Below are positions 1-11,050 of a stretch of 64,000 nt of DNA, in pieces (position 1 is the stretch's first letter; each line of letters begins with the position of its first letter). Made by a program: the position numbers and the translations under genes. Source of the stretch: Shigella phage PSD9. The stretch is taken from the sequence record MZ561532; one strand, 5' to 3'. Under the pieces are notes generated by a model, which made no database searches, was not told where the DNA came from, and worked only from the letters and a program-made list of their open reading frames with translations.

Positions 1-200
1 GTGTATTTATCACTCAATTTCTCAAAGAAATATTTGTCACGACGTTTTTGGTAAGCCGTATCAGAGATTCGCATGACCCAGTTGTATTTGATAACGTCGT
101 ATTTGGCATTGAAGTGATGTTTGAGCATTAAGTATAGTGAATATACGCTCTTACCATTCACCATACGGTTATTGTTTGGTGGCATGCGAATCTTAATCAT
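1..200 (-). CDS. 59: Helicase loading protein gp59, N-terminal part (gene continues beyond window start)
   Basis: Minus-strand ORF from ATG at 200..198 running off the window; translation MIKIRMPPNNNRMVNGKSVYSLYLMLKHHFNAKYDVIKYNWVMRISDTAYQKRRDKYFFEKLSDKY matches recalled T4 gp59 N-terminus; ATGA overlap with upstream gene stop; synteny 59-33-dsbA-rnh. Confidence 0.7.
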   Translation of the reverse strand, partial: MIKIRMPPNNNRMVNGKSVYSLYLMLKHHFNAKYDVIKYNWVMRISDTAYQKRRDKYFFEKLSDKY

Positions 201-499
201 AACAAGAAATCCAGAGTATTAGTTTTTTGCGTTCGGGCCATTGAAGGTCGAAGCAAGTTATCATCAATGGCTTCGTTCATAATTTTATCAATAATTCCTG
301 CAGGCAAATAACGAGCAAAGTTACCTTCAGGGATGCTATTCTCTTCCAACCATGCGGTAGCCGCTTCGAGGTAACTACAACCTTCAGCTTCAACAAAGGC
401 CTCAATATCAAGGCCATTCTGTTGTTTGTTTACGAGCACATGGACAGGTTCGGAAGCGGTATTAACCGCTCCATCAAAATCATTCAAAGATTGTGTCAT
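197..499 (-). CDS. 33: Late transcription co-activator gp33-like protein (assigned by position)
   Basis: 100-aa acidic ORF between dsbA and 59 as in T4; sequence identity to T4 gp33 not verifiable from memory. Confidence 0.5.
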   Translation of the reverse strand: MTQSLNDFDGAVNTASEPVHVLVNKQQNGLDIEAFVEAEGCSYLEAATAWLEENSIPEGNFARYLPAGIIDKIMNEAIDDNLLRPSMARTQKTNTLDFLL

Positions 500-749
500 A
501 CAGTTCTACCACTTCAGTTTTTTCGTCTTCGAAACGTTCACGAGTGCCTTTATGGTACAGTGAGAACAGCTGGTTAAACATTTTACCGTCTACACCAAGT
601 TCAGTCTTAGCACGGTCTTTGATATCTTTAATTTCGTCGCCATAAGCTTCCATTTTTAATTTAGTATCGGAAGCAGACTTAATCAGTTGTGCCAATGTGT
701 TACCATGTTCTTCTTGATTGAATTCAACTTTCACTTTTTCTTTAGCCAT
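480..749 (-). CDS. dsbA: dsDNA-binding protein DsbA (late transcription enhancer)
   Basis: Track ORF 480..758 begins at GTG; ATG at 749 gives MAKEKVKVEFNQEEHG...ELGVDGKMFNQLFSLYHK...EVVELYDTIFE, closely matching recalled T4 DsbA (89 aa). Confidence 0.8.
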   Translation of the reverse strand: MAKEKVKVEFNQEEHGNTLAQLIKSASDTKLKMEAYGDEIKDIKDRAKTELGVDGKMFNQLFSLYHKGTRERFEDEKTEVVELYDTIFE

Positions 750-759
750 TATATTCACC

Positions 760-1707
760 TTAATAAAAATCAGCTACTGTAGCGGTTAGTTTAGACAAAC
801 CAGATTTAACGAAATAAGGATAGACTTTAGATTTCGAAGGTTTGTTATACGTATTATATCTTTCAGTAATTAAAGCAACAATATCATCTGGAATAAAGTC
901 CATATCAATTAAGATTTGGTTTTCACAGAAACGTTCATATTGTTCTTCAGTAAGAAGTGTTTTAATTATATCATGGTCGTAATAATTCAGAGCAATCGCT
1001 TCAAGTTCCTTGGCACGAGTGCTAGGAGTACGTTCGCCTTCAACCATCGTCAACCAGTAATCACCACGAACTTTAATACTCGCGACGTTATCCTTGCGGT
1101 CGCCTTTAACAACCTTAGTTACACAATCTAATAATGAATCGCCAGATTTTGTTTTGACGAATTTTTTCTGCATTGGAGACCATTGTTTTACCCCAGGGAA
1201 TTTATGGAGTTGAGTAAAGTCGCCATCCGAAGAACCAATCATAACTGGATGGCCTAAAGCCGTGAGGATTCGGGTTAAAACAGCAATATGGTCATCGGCC
1301 TCGACAGTATCGATATTCATAACAATATAAGGCATGTTTTGTTCCAGTTCATCAACAATAATATGCATTGCTGTGAATAAACCTTCCCAATCAAATAATG
1401 ATTCTTCACGAGCCTTAGCACGGTTTTTCTTATAATAAGGTGAATAGCGACGACGCCAATAACCTGATTTAGAGTTGTCAACACAAATAACCAGTTGGCT
1501 GTAACCTTGTTTTTTAAAGTCTTTAATATTTTTCTTAATTGAATTCAGCACGAGGTGCCGAAGCATTGCTGTAGTTACTTTAGGAAATCCAGCATTCTCA
1601 CCAAACTCTTGGAAAGCTGCAGCCATAATGATTTGGCTGAAATCTAGGAGTAAAAATCCATCTTTTTGTTGGTCTTCTTCGGGAAGTAAAAAATCTAAAT
1701 CGTTCAT
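760..1707 (-). CDS. rnh: RNase H / 5'-3' flap exonuclease
   Basis: Track ORF 760..1740; start moved to ATG 1707 (MNDLDFLL...) matching T4 RNase H N-terminus; conserved LLLDFSQI and ICVDNSKSGYWRR...YYKKNR motifs. Confidence 0.85.
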   Translation of the reverse strand: MNDLDFLLPEEDQQKDGFLLLDFSQIIMAAAFQEFGENAGFPKVTTAMLRHLVLNSIKKNIKDFKKQGYSQLVICVDNSKSGYWRRRYSPYYKKNRAKAREESLFDWEGLFTAMHIIVDELEQNMPYIVMNIDTVEADDHIAVLTRILTALGHPVMIGSSDGDFTQLHKFPGVKQWSPMQKKFVKTKSGDSLLDCVTKVVKGDRKDNVASIKVRGDYWLTMVEGERTPSTRAKELEAIALNYYDHDIIKTLLTEEQYERFCENQILIDMDFIPDDIVALITERYNTYNKPSKSKVYPYFVKSGLSKLTATVADFY

Positions 1708-1738
1708 ATGAACCTCTGTCCAATTAGTGTAGAGGTTC

Positions 1739-1767
1739 ATTATATCACGACCCTAGAAGAAGTAAAC
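1739..1767 (-). promoter_or_regulatory. Early promoter (T4-type, GTTTAC -35 / TATAAT -10) for rnh
   Basis: Minus strand reads GTTTAC-N17-TATAAT; plus gtaaac 1762..1767 and attata 1739..1744; upstream of rnh ATG at 1707. Confidence 0.55.
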
Positions 1768-1774
1768 ACTTTGC

Positions 1775-1782
1775 TATAAATA
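1775..1782 (+). promoter_or_regulatory. Late promoter TATAAATA for gene 34
   Basis: Exact TATAAATA 33 nt upstream of the gene 34 ATG (1815); T4 late promoter consensus recognised by gp55. Confidence 0.6.
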
Positions 1783-1814
1783 GTTCTATACCCTGAAAAC
1801 GAAAAGGAAATAAA

Positions 1815-4800
1815 ATGGCCGATATTTTAAAACCTGCCTTCCGTGCTACATCCGGACTCGATGCTGCAGGCGAGAAAGTTATCAATGTTGCCAAAGCCGA
1901 TTACAATGTATTAGACGACGGCGTCAACGTTGAATTCTTTATAGATGAGAACACCATCCAGGCGTACGACGAGACGCGCGGATATAAGAAAGGGTTTGCC
2001 GTAATCCATGACCAACGTATCTGGGTTGCTCAACGTGATATCGATGCTCCAGCAGGAACCTTTGTACCGGGTTATTGGACTGCAACTCGTACTGACCCTA
2101 AATGGATTACCGTAGCATCTCCTACACGCCAGCTGGCTTCCGGTGAATATATTGCTGTGGATTCTGCTGCTAGCTTTACTACATTTACCCTGCCTCCGAA
2201 CCCTACTGATGGTGATACCATCGTAATCAAGGATATTGGTGGCCGTGTAGGTTATAATGAAATTAAGCTCCAGTCTAGTTCTGCTCCAGGTGGTGGTAAT
2301 CAGAAAATTGTCCGTTTCGGTAACCAGTTCACTGAGACCTTAATTACGAAGCCTTTTTCCTATAATATGATTATCTTTGCCAACCGTTTATGGCATTTCT
2401 GGGAAGCAGCTAATGAAGAACGTGGTATTCGTGTAGAACCGAACACTGCCCAGTTCCAATCACAAGCGGGTGATAACGTTTTACGTCGTTATACTTCAGG
2501 TGCAGTAATTAAGTTTACTCTTCCTAAGTATGCGAACCAAGGTGATATTATTAAAACCGTTGATATCGATGGTTTAGGAAGTAAATTCCACTTAATCGTT
2601 GAAACATTTGATGCGTCATCTTCATTAGGTAAGCCTGGCCAGCATAGCATGGAATTCCGTACTTCAGGTGATGGATTCTTTGTTTATAACTCTACCGAAA
2701 AATTATGGTATGTTTGGGACGGCGACCGACAAACTCGTTTACGTGTAATTCGTGACGATGTTGAACTCTTGGCTAACGAAAGTGTTATTGTTTTTGGTCC
2801 TAATAACACGACACCCCAGACAATTAATATCACATTACCTACCGGTGTGGCCCAGGGTGATGTCGTTAAGATTGCTCTGAACTATCTCCGTAAAGCTCAG
2901 ACGGTAAATATTAAGGCTGCCGTAGGAGATAAGATTGCTTCATCCGTCCAGTTGCTTCAATTCCCTAAACGTTCAGAATATCCACCAGAAACCGAATGGG
3001 TATTGAATGACGTACTGACCTTTAATGGCAATATAAGTTATACTCCGGTTATTGAACTGAGTTATATCGAAGACACCACTACAGGTGGCAAATATTGGGT
3101 TGTTGCTCAGAACGTTCCTACTATAGAACGTGTGGATTCTAAAGATGATTTAACTCGTGCTCGTCTCGGTGTTATTGCCCTTGCGTCGCAGACTCAGGCA
3201 AACGTTGACCATGAAAATAACCCTGAGAAAGAACTTGCAATTACTCCACAGACTTTAGCTAATCGTGTAGCGACTGAATCTCGTCGTGGTATTGCTCGTA
3301 TTGCTACTACTGCTCAGGTGAACCAGGACACAACCTTCGCATTCCAGGACGATTTGATTATTTCTCCTAAGAAATTAAACGAACGTACTGCAACCGAAAC
3401 TCGCCGTGGTGTTGCTGAAATTGCTACGCAAGTTGAAACTAACACGGGTACAGATGATACTACAATCATCACTCCTAAGAAGCTACAAGCGCGCCAGGGT
3501 TCGGAAAGTCTTTCAGGTATTGTAACATATACCTCTACTGTAGGAACCGCTCCTGCGACTGCTAGGGACACCGTAGGTACTAACGTTTATAATAAGAACG
3601 TAGGCAATTTGGTTATTTCTCCTAAAGCTCTTGACCAGTATAAAGCTACCCAAGTTCAACAGGGTACGGTATATCTTTCTAACCAATCTGAAGTTAACGC
3701 AGGCCAATCGGCAAGTGGATTTGCCAACAGTGCTGTTTCTCCGGAAACATTACATGCTCGTGTGGCTCTTGATACTCGTACAGGGTTAATTGAAATTGCT
3801 ACGCAACAGGAAACTGATACTGGAACAGATTATACTCGTGCGGTAACACCTAAGACGTTAAATGATAGGAAAGCTACGGAAGGATTGACTGGTATTGCTA
3901 GAATTGCAACACAGGTAGAATTTGATGCAGGTACGTTAGATAATGTTATTTCAACTCCGTTGAAAATTAAAACAAGATTTAATGATACTGCTAGAACTTC
4001 TGTCTCAGCAGCCAGTGGTTTGGTTGAATCAGGAACCTTATGGAACCATTATACACTAGATATTAGAGAAGCAAATGAGACACAACGTGGTACTGCTCGC
4101 CTGGCAACCCAGACCGAAGTCAACGTTGGTACTGATGACAAAACCATCATCACTCCTTTGAAATTACACTCTAAAAAATCTACTGAAAGTTCTGAAGGTA
4201 TTATTCGTGTTGCAACCAATACCGAAACAACCGCAGGAACTTCTAAAGTTTTGGCTGTAAGCCCTTCTGGTTTAAAATATGTAGTACAGACCGAAACTAC
4301 TTGGGAAGCTACTGCACTTCGTCGTGGATTTGTTAAACTAACCGAAGGTGCTTTAACCCATTCAGGAAATAAAGTTACTGGTTCTGGTGTTAAATTTAAC
4401 TCAGGTACAGGCCTTTACGAGAACGATGATACTGTTCTGAATGCAGCGAACTATCCTAAAACAGGTTATGCTGTTTCATCTTACGAGATGAATAAAACTT
4501 TACAGAACTTTTTACCTATAAATGCTACGGCTGTGAACTCCGAGAAATTGGATGGCCTAGATTCACTTCAGTTCATTCGTAGAGACGTTGACCAAACGGT
4601 TAATGGTTCTTTAACGTTGACAAAACAATTGAACCTGGCAGCTCCTCTAGTGTCTTCTAGTACTGCTAATATTACCGGCAATACTATTTTAGGTTCTCTG
4701 GAAGTAACCGGAAATTCTACTTTTAAAAATGATGTATCTGTTAGCTCAGGTAAATCTATTAAATTTGTAGGCCCTCAGTCAGGCGCTGGTACTTGGAACT

Positions 4801-5864
4801 CTCAAGGTGATACTTTAGCTCCGATTTTTGCCGAGATAAATTCGACCCCAGATGCCAAGTTCCATCCTATTGTTAAACAACGTTTAGGGCAAGGTACGTT
4901 CTCTTTAGGCACTGTAAATGATGGAACTCGTGATTTTAAAATACATTATCTTCCATCGCCGGGTTCTTTAGAATCTTTCTACTGGACCTTTAATACGACT
5001 GGTGACTTTGCTGTTAATAGTGGTTCCATTAGTATTTCTAAGAATGCTAATATCACAGGTATAACCACTTCTAACGGTGTTTCTACAACTACATTAAATG
5101 CTTCTGCTCTGTCTTCATTACAAAACGTAACTACTTCAGGTACTATCGTTTCCACCGGACAGGTATCGGCAAATAATGGTTTGGTTGCTCAAAAATACGT
5201 CCGCTCTGTTGGTGTTAAACCTACATTAGCATCGCAGGCCCCTACTGCAGAAACAGTTGGCTTCTGGTCTGTCGATATCAATGATTCGGCTACATTTAAC
5301 CTATTCCCAGGTTATTGGACGATGAAAACTAAACGTCAGGTTAATATTGATACGGTCCAAACTAAACCTGCCGGTGTTTCTGATGAGATATGGAATGCTT
5401 CTGGTTGGTTGACGGAAACGGGTGCATTTAGTTCTCCGGCTATTCGTTATCGTAACGAAGACGGTAGTTTTGGTGACGAAGTTCTCAGTACGACGGGTCA
5501 GAAATTACGTGGTACTTGGTTTGATTATTCTGTTCGTGATAAGGAAGTTAAATATCCTGGTACGTTAACTCAGTTTGGTAATACATTGGATTCATGTTAT
5601 CAGGATTGGGTGTGCTATCCTACAGGACTGAATGGTGGTACTATTCGTTATACACGTACCTGGCAGAAAAATAAAAACGCATGGACTACGTTCTCTATGG
5701 TCTATACGGCAGATAACCCTCCTTCTGCGGAAGAGGTTGGTGCATTGCCTGCTGATAACGCCACAATGGGTAACATTACAATCCTTGATTGGTTACGTAT
5801 TGGTAACGTTCGTATTATTCCTGACCCGGTCACTAAATCCGTTAAGTTTGAGTGGATTGAATAA
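1815..5864 (+). CDS. 34: Long tail fibre proximal subunit gp34
   Basis: 1349-aa ORF; extensive match to recalled T4 gp34 (N-terminus MADILKPAFRATSGLDAAGEKVINVA, repeated ...TETRRGIA(R/E)IAT... motifs, C-terminus GNVRIIPDPVTKSVKFEWIE). Confidence 0.95.
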   Translation: MADILKPAFRATSGLDAAGEKVINVAKADYNVLDDGVNVEFFIDENTIQAYDETRGYKKGFAVIHDQRIWVAQRDIDAPAGTFVPGYWTATRTDPKWITVASPTRQLASGEYIAVDSAASFTTFTLPPNPTDGDTIVIKDIGGRVGYNEIKLQSSSAPGGGNQKIVRFGNQFTETLITKPFSYNMIIFANRLWHFWEAANEERGIRVEPNTAQFQSQAGDNVLRRYTSGAVIKFTLPKYANQGDIIKTVDIDGLGSKFHLIVETFDASSSLGKPGQHSMEFRTSGDGFFVYNSTEKLWYVWDGDRQTRLRVIRDDVELLANESVIVFGPNNTTPQTINITLPTGVAQGDVVKIALNYLRKAQTVNIKAAVGDKIASSVQLLQFPKRSEYPPETEWVLNDVLTFNGNISYTPVIELSYIEDTTTGGKYWVVAQNVPTIERVDSKDDLTRARLGVIALASQTQANVDHENNPEKELAITPQTLANRVATESRRGIARIATTAQVNQDTTFAFQDDLIISPKKLNERTATETRRGVAEIATQVETNTGTDDTTIITPKKLQARQGSESLSGIVTYTSTVGTAPATARDTVGTNVYNKNVGNLVISPKALDQYKATQVQQGTVYLSNQSEVNAGQSASGFANSAVSPETLHARVALDTRTGLIEIATQQETDTGTDYTRAVTPKTLNDRKATEGLTGIARIATQVEFDAGTLDNVISTPLKIKTRFNDTARTSVSAASGLVESGTLWNHYTLDIREANETQRGTARLATQTEVNVGTDDKTIITPLKLHSKKSTESSEGIIRVATNTETTAGTSKVLAVSPSGLKYVVQTETTWEATALRRGFVKLTEGALTHSGNKVTGSGVKFNSGTGLYENDDTVLNAANYPKTGYAVSSYEMNKTLQNFLPINATAVNSEKLDGLDSLQFIRRDVDQTVNGSLTLTKQLNLAAPLVSSSTANITGNTILGSLEVTGNSTFKNDVSVSSGKSIKFVGPQSGAGTWNSQGDTLAPIFAEINSTPDAKFHPIVKQRLGQGTFSLGTVNDGTRDFKIHYLPSPGSLESFYWTFNTTGDFAVNSGSISISKNANITGITTSNGVSTTTLNASALSSLQNVTTSGTIVSTGQVSANNGLVAQKYVRSVGVKPTLASQAPTAETVGFWSVDINDSATFNLFPGYWTMKTKRQVNIDTVQTKPAGVSDEIWNASGWLTETGAFSSPAIRYRNEDGSFGDEVLSTTGQKLRGTWFDYSVRDKEVKYPGTLTQFGNTLDSCYQDWVCYPTGLNGGTIRYTRTWQKNKNAWTTFSMVYTADNPPSAEEVGALPADNATMGNITILDWLRIGNVRIIPDPVTKSVKFEWIE

Positions 5865-5872
5865 GAGGTATT

Positions 5873-6994
5873 ATGGAAAGATTTATGGCAGAATTTGGAC
5901 AAGGATATGTCCAGGTTCCTACATTATCTGAAAACAATGCTGTAAGGTATAAACTTAGTATAGCGGGTAGTTGTACTAAGTCTACCACAAAAGCATATGT
6001 TAAATTTCAAGATGGGAACTTCGGTTCCCAGAATTTTCAAAATGGATTAAACCTTATAGAAATTGATGTTAGTGCTGAACCTAAAATAGTGGCTAACAAA
6101 ACTTATAGTTTTACAAAAGATTTTGATGTTATTTCTGAAGCTTTTATAACGTATATAAATTCTATACCGGCCAATAGAATAGTTTGTTTAGTATCTTCTG
6201 GTAGATTAAATGCTTCACAAAAACTTATTGATTGGTTCCGTGCAGCAGGAAGTACCGCATTCCCGACTAAATGGTTAATAGACCGGTTTGAGCCATCTTA
6301 TTCTGCATTTTATGTTTCAGGAAGGAATGCCATAGTAATGGAACATGTGCTTTATAATGATGGGGTATTGGTCGAAGATGTTTCTACCCCATTAGAAGTG
6401 GTATTTGATGATATCAGCGACGTTGGTGGTACAGGATATCCTGTCAGAATTGTTGAAGACGAAAGCACTTATCTAAGCAATGATGGAGATGAAATTAAGC
6501 GATTTCCTACCGAATCTCCTACCACCCCATTAACAGATTATAATATGAAACCAGGTGAATTCTTTTACCTTAAGTTTCAATTAATGCGCGACCAAGCTTT
6601 AAAAGACGTAGGGACTTCTCAGATGTCTGTTAGATTTTTTAATGCCTCAGGTGCTTTAACTGGGACAGTTAATATGGACGTTCCTTCCAACGTTCCTGCT
6701 GGCGCATGGATGACATTTGAACGGGTAGTAATGGTTCCTGAAGGTACTACAGACTTTACTCTTTATGCCAGAAAAACAGCTTCGGCTGGCCAAGGCGGAG
6801 TTCGAAATGTTATGTTCGGTGAGATATCTGAATCAGAACCTCAGCCAAAACCTGCTGAATTTGGTGTTAACGGTATTCGTATGAACTTTGGTACGGAAAC
6901 TAAAAATATGGGTACTACCATAGCCCAGCTATATGATAAAACAGGCACTAAACCTGGTCAGGTTTGGGTCGCTGAATTTAGAGAAAAATATTAA
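5873..6994 (+). CDS. 35: Long tail fibre hinge connector gp35
   Basis: 373-aa ORF directly after gene 34 (T4 gp35 about 372 aa); synteny. Confidence 0.8.
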   Translation: MERFMAEFGQGYVQVPTLSENNAVRYKLSIAGSCTKSTTKAYVKFQDGNFGSQNFQNGLNLIEIDVSAEPKIVANKTYSFTKDFDVISEAFITYINSIPANRIVCLVSSGRLNASQKLIDWFRAAGSTAFPTKWLIDRFEPSYSAFYVSGRNAIVMEHVLYNDGVLVEDVSTPLEVVFDDISDVGGTGYPVRIVEDESTYLSNDGDEIKRFPTESPTTPLTDYNMKPGEFFYLKFQLMRDQALKDVGTSQMSVRFFNASGALTGTVNMDVPSNVPAGAWMTFERVVMVPEGTTDFTLYARKTASAGQGGVRNVMFGEISESEPQPKPAEFGVNGIRMNFGTETKNMGTTIAQLYDKTGTKPGQVWVAEFREKY

Positions 6995-7015
6995 GGAACC
7001 TTCGGGTTCCTTTTT
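6995..7015 (+). terminator. Intrinsic terminator, GGAACC-UUCG-GGUUCC hairpin plus U-tract
   Basis: ggaaccttcgggttcc followed by ttttt immediately after the gene 35 stop codon. Confidence 0.6.
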
Positions 7016-7028
7016 CGTTTTCTACGGC

Positions 7029-7036
7029 CATAAATA
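7029..7036 (+). promoter_or_regulatory. Late promoter-like element (cATAAATA) for gene 36
   Basis: Near-consensus TATAAATA 34 nt upstream of the gene 36 ATG, directly after the terminator. Confidence 0.4.
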
Positions 7037-7069
7037 TATAAAAGGCTATAACTCCCAAAGGAAACTCAA

Positions 7070-7717
7070 ATGGCAGATTTAAAATTAGGTTCTACAGCAG
7101 GAGGTTCAGTATTATGGCACCAAGGTAATTTTCCCTTAACGCCTGTATCAAATGACCTTCTTTACAAAACATATAAAGTTTATACCGAATATAATAAACC
7201 GCAAGCCACTGATAACGACTTTGTTTCAAAAGCAAATGGTGGTAATTATAAGAATAACGTGTATTTTGAAAAAGGGCTGACCTTTAATGATACTAATGGA
7301 TACGGTATTAAATTAGGAACAAGAACTGGTGGAGCACCGTTCACGGCTTCTTTCCGTATTAAAGGCGCTTTTGGATATGAAACGGAAGATGGTACTCCGT
7401 TCATGATATTCAACCCAAGTACAGTAGTAGGTGCTAAACGCCTCACAGTAATGGGTGATTCATTATTCAGACAAGTATATGACGAATCAGGTCGTGTATT
7501 CAGTCCAGGCAACACCCCTACTAAAGCTCAAGTAGGATTATCGTTAGTAGATAACGCAAAACAGGTCCAAATAAATAATACTAACATGCAAACAATGACC
7601 GGAGTACTTGCTGCTCCTAACTTTATTTCGCTGAATCCGGCCTCTGACGCAGGACACGTTCCTCGTTTTGACCAGATTGTTATTAAAGATTCTATTCAAG
7701 ATTTTGGTTATTATTAA
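7070..7717 (+). CDS. 36: Long tail fibre hinge protein gp36
   Basis: 215-aa ORF between gp35 and gp37 (T4 gp36 about 221 aa); synteny. Confidence 0.8.
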   Translation: MADLKLGSTAGGSVLWHQGNFPLTPVSNDLLYKTYKVYTEYNKPQATDNDFVSKANGGNYKNNVYFEKGLTFNDTNGYGIKLGTRTGGAPFTASFRIKGAFGYETEDGTPFMIFNPSTVVGAKRLTVMGDSLFRQVYDESGRVFSPGNTPTKAQVGLSLVDNAKQVQINNTNMQTMTGVLAAPNFISLNPASDAGHVPRFDQIVIKDSIQDFGYY

Positions 7718-7725
7718 GAGGCATT

Positions 7726-10700
7726 ATGGCTACTTTAAAGCAAATCCAATTTAAAAGAAGTAAAGTAGCCGGTGTACGTCCGACACCGGCCCAGTTGGCT
7801 GAAGGTGAACTGGCTATTAACTTAAAGGACCGATTACTTTTTACTAAAGACGATACTGGAGCGATTATCGACCTTGGCTTTGCTAAAGGTGGTAATATTG
7901 ACGGTAATGTTATTCATAACGGTAACTACAACCAGACTGGCGATTACACCCTAAATGGTACCTTTACCCAAACAGGTGATTTTAATTTAACCGGTATTGC
8001 TCGTGTAACTCGTGACATTATTGCCGCTGGCCAGATAATGACCGAAGGTGGCGAGCTTATTTCTAAGAGTGCATCGACGTCCCATTTGAGATTTTTTGAC
8101 GGCGCATCCCGCGAACGTGGCATTATCTTTTCGCCAAATAATGCTGGAGCGACCACTCAGGTAGTTAATATTCGCGTACAAGATTATGCGACAAGTGGCG
8201 AAAGCACTTATGCATTTTCAGGCAATGGACAATTTACTTCACCTGAAGTATCAGCATTGAAATCTATTTCGTCTCCACAAATTCTGACCGATAAAGTTAT
8301 TACAAACGGGAAGAAGACAGGCGATTATGATATCTATTCATTGGCAAATAATAATTCTAACACAGATAAAAATAATTTACGCGTTGTGCGTACTGATCCA
8401 GCGGCCGCAATGCTCCATGAAATTTGTGAAAATAACGGTATCAGTTGGTATTCCGGTTCAACCCCTACTGATTATATGATATCTTTTGCTTATTCCGGTG
8501 GTTTTCAAGCTGGACATTCGATTGCAGTAGGTATGGAATCAGGGCCTATGACCTATTCAACCTTAGGTAAAGGTTCTATTGTTTTAGGTGATAATGACAC
8601 TGGGCTAAAATGGCATCAGGATGGATATTATTTCAGCGTTAATAACGGCACAAGAACTTTCCTGTACGGCCCTGCAGAAACCACCAGTCTTAGAAAAATG
8701 GTTATGGGTTATTCTGTAAACGGTACCGATTTAACTACTCCTCCAACTGAAAACTATGCTTTGGCTACTGTTGTTACTTACCATGATAATAACGCATTTG
8801 GTGATGGTCAAACTCTTTTAGGTTATTACCAAGGTGGCAATTATCACCACTATTTCCGCGGTAAAGGTACTACAAACGTTAACACCGCTGGTGGTTTGTT
8901 AGTTACTCCTGGTAATATTGATGTTGTTGGTGGTTCTGTTAATATCGATGGTCGTAATAATGCTTCTACGCTGATGTTTAGAGGTAACACGACCGGAAGT
9001 AGTTCAGTTGATAATATGACTATCGCCGTTTGGGGTAATACCTTTACTAATGTTGATGGCGACCGTAAAAACGTAATGGAAATATCTGATGCCACTAGCT
9101 GGATTCAATATTATCAACGACTGTCTTCAGGTGCTATTCAAAGCCATTTAAATGGAACTTTGGGTGTAAACGAAAGTATAAATGTCGGCCAGGAAGTTAA
9201 CGTCTCCGGCACTATTGCTGGTAATGCGGTCAATGCTCTTAGAATTTGGAACGACGATTACGCCGCTATTTTCCGCCGTTCAGAAAACAGTCTTCATATT
9301 ATTCCTACCGCCTTTGGCGAAGGTAAAACTGGTGATATTGGTCCACTTCGCCCGTTTCGTATGGACCTTGATACAGGTAAAGTAAGTATTCCTAATATGG
9401 ATACTACTAATTTGACTATGAACCCAAATGGCTATATTAAATTTGCTGGTCATGGCTCAGGCGCTGGTGGTTATGATATTCAGTATGCACAAGCAGCTCC
9501 TGTTTTCCAGGAAATCGATGATGATGCTGTAAGTAAATATTATCCTATTGTTAAACAGAAGTTTTTAAACAGTAAAGCTGTTTGGTCTTTAGGTACTGAA
9601 ATTAATTCCGGGGATTTTGTTTTACACCATATGAAAGAAGATGGAACACAATCTCATCTCTCAAGATTTAATGCTGACGGTACAGTTAACTTCCCGGATA
9701 GCGTTAAAGTCGGTGGCGATAAAGCTACTATCGGCAAAGATGGTAACATCTGGTCTGATATCTGGAAAACGTTTACTTCTGCCGGTGACGTAACCAATCT
9801 TCTTGGTGCTGTCTATAGCCGGGTTTCTAAAGAAGGCGATACGTTGACAGGCCGCTTAACTCTTAAAACCAACTCAGACGCCGTTGTTATTGATTATCCA
9901 GCAGATGAAGCAGGTTATGTTAAGGGTAAAAAAGGTGGTGTTAATAACTGGTATGTTGGTAATGGCGGTGCTGATAATAACTTATCGTTTTATAGTTTCC
10001 AAACTAATTCAGGCGTTAATATTCATAATAGTGGAGAAATTGGTTTAGCTCCTCAAGGGTCGGATACTTTTTATTTTAATAGGGACCGACTTTATATAAA
10101 GGGTGCACAATGGACAGCTCATCAATCTGGTGCATGGGGTGACCAATGGGGTTTAGAAGCGCCTGTATTTGTGGATTTTGGCAATGTCAGTAATGACTGT
10201 TATTATCCAATTATCAAAGGAAGATCTGGTATTACTAACGAAGGATACATATCGGGTGTAGATTTTGGTATGCGACGCATTACTAATACCTGGGCACAAG
10301 GTATTATTCGTGTAGGTAACCAGGAAAATGGTCAAGACCCACAAGCTATATATGAATTCCACCATAATGGGGTTTTTTATGCTCCAAGCTTACTTAAGAG
10401 CGGCAGAGTATCGGCCGGTGGTGGTGACCCGGCATGGACTGGGCCATGTATTGTTATTGGTGATAATGATACTGGTTTAGTCCATGGCGGTGATGGTCGT
10501 ATTAACATGGTTGCCAATGGTGTGCATATTGCATCTTGGTCTGACTCTTACCATATCCATGAAGGTCTTTGGGATACCAATGGTGCTTTGTGGACTGAAC
10601 ACGGAAGAGCTATTATTTCTTTTGGCCATTTAGTCCAACAAAACGATAGCTATTCAACATTTGTTCGTGACGTTTATGTTCGTTCTGATATTCGTGTTAA

Positions 10701-11019
10701 AAAAGACCTTGTTAAATTTGAAAATGCTTCACAGACACTTTCAAAAATTAACGGTTACACTTATATGCAGAAACGTGGCCTGGATGAAGAAGGTAATCAG
10801 AAATGGGAACCTAATGCCGGTTTAATTGCTCAAGAAGTTCAAGCTATTTTACCGGAATTAGTTGAAGGTGACCCTGATGGTGAAGCTTTACTTCGTTTGA
10901 ACTATAACGGTGTAATTGGTTTAAATACGGCTGCAATCAATGAGCACACTGCAGAAATAGCAGAATTGAAATCAGAGATTGAAGAACTTAAAGCACTAAT
11001 TAAATCATTGTTAAAATAA
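7726..11019 (+). CDS. 37: Long tail fibre distal subunit gp37 with C-terminal intramolecular chaperone domain
   Basis: N-terminus [36 protein letters not shown] matches T4 gp37; C-terminal about 110 aa carries the S74-type auto-cleaving chaperone signature (SDIRVKK...[15 protein letters not shown]... then a coiled coil). Confidence 0.9.
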   Translation: MATLKQIQFKRSKVAGVRPTPAQLAEGELAINLKDRLLFTKDDTGAIIDLGFAKGGNIDGNVIHNGNYNQTGDYTLNGTFTQTGDFNLTGIARVTRDIIAAGQIMTEGGELISKSASTSHLRFFDGASRERGIIFSPNNAGATTQVVNIRVQDYATSGESTYAFSGNGQFTSPEVSALKSISSPQILTDKVITNGKKTGDYDIYSLANNNSNTDKNNLRVVRTDPAAAMLHEICENNGISWYSGSTPTDYMISFAYSGGFQAGHSIAVGMESGPMTYSTLGKGSIVLGDNDTGLKWHQDGYYFSVNNGTRTFLYGPAETTSLRKMVMGYSVNGTDLTTPPTENYALATVVTYHDNNAFGDGQTLLGYYQGGNYHHYFRGKGTTNVNTAGGLLVTPGNIDVVGGSVNIDGRNNASTLMFRGNTTGSSSVDNMTIAVWGNTFTNVDGDRKNVMEISDATSWIQYYQRLSSGAIQSHLNGTLGVNESINVGQEVNVSGTIAGNAVNALRIWNDDYAAIFRRSENSLHIIPTAFGEGKTGDIGPLRPFRMDLDTGKVSIPNMDTTNLTMNPNGYIKFAGHGSGAGGYDIQYAQAAPVFQEIDDDAVSKYYPIVKQKFLNSKAVWSLGTEINSGDFVLHHMKEDGTQSHLSRFNADGTVNFPDSVKVGGDKATIGKDGNIWSDIWKTFTSAGDVTNLLGAVYSRVSKEGDTLTGRLTLKTNSDAVVIDYPADEAGYVKGKKGGVNNWYVGNGGADNNLSFYSFQTNSGVNIHNSGEIGLAPQGSDTFYFNRDRLYIKGAQWTAHQSGAWGDQWGLEAPVFVDFGNVSNDCYYPIIKGRSGITNEGYISGVDFGMRRITNTWAQGIIRVGNQENGQDPQAIYEFHHNGVFYAPSLLKSGRVSAGGGDPAWTGPCIVIGDNDTGLVHGGDGRINMVANGVHIASWSDSYHIHEGLWDTNGALWTEHGRAIISFGHLVQQNDSYSTFVRDVYVRSDIRVKKDLVKFENASQTLSKINGYTYMQKRGLDEEGNQKWEPNAGLIAQEVQAILPELVEGDPDGEALLRLNYNGVIGLNTAAINEHTAEIAELKSEIEELKALIKSLLK
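10684..11016 (+). other. Intramolecular chaperone / auto-proteolytic domain (peptidase S74-like) at the gp37 C-terminus
   Basis: SDIRVKKDL...[17 protein letters not shown]...[18 protein letters not shown]; motif family of endosialidase and T5 pb1 C-terminal chaperones; consistent with reported proteolytic processing of T2 gp37. Confidence 0.6.
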
Positions 11020-11024
11020 TAAGA

Positions 11025-11038
11025 GGGGCTTCGGCCCC
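11025..11038 (+). other. GGGGC-UUCG-GCCCC stem-loop between genes 37 and 38 (no U-tract)
   Basis: Perfect 5-bp stem with UUCG tetraloop 5 nt after the gp37 stop and 12 nt before the gp38 ATG; followed by the SD ggagg rather than a U run. Confidence 0.45.
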
Positions 11039-11050
11039 TTGGAGGTTTAT

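Noticed and set aside
3314-3707. Minus-strand track ORFs (85 and 64 aa) inside gene 34
   Set aside because: Antisense to a highly conserved structural gene; no SD or promoter; gp34 frame is continuous and matches T4
5632-5931. 99-aa plus-strand ORF spanning the 34/35 junction, and the 66-aa antisense ORF 5702..5902
   Set aside because: Out-of-frame overlaps of the gp34 C-terminus and gp35 N-terminus; no independent signals
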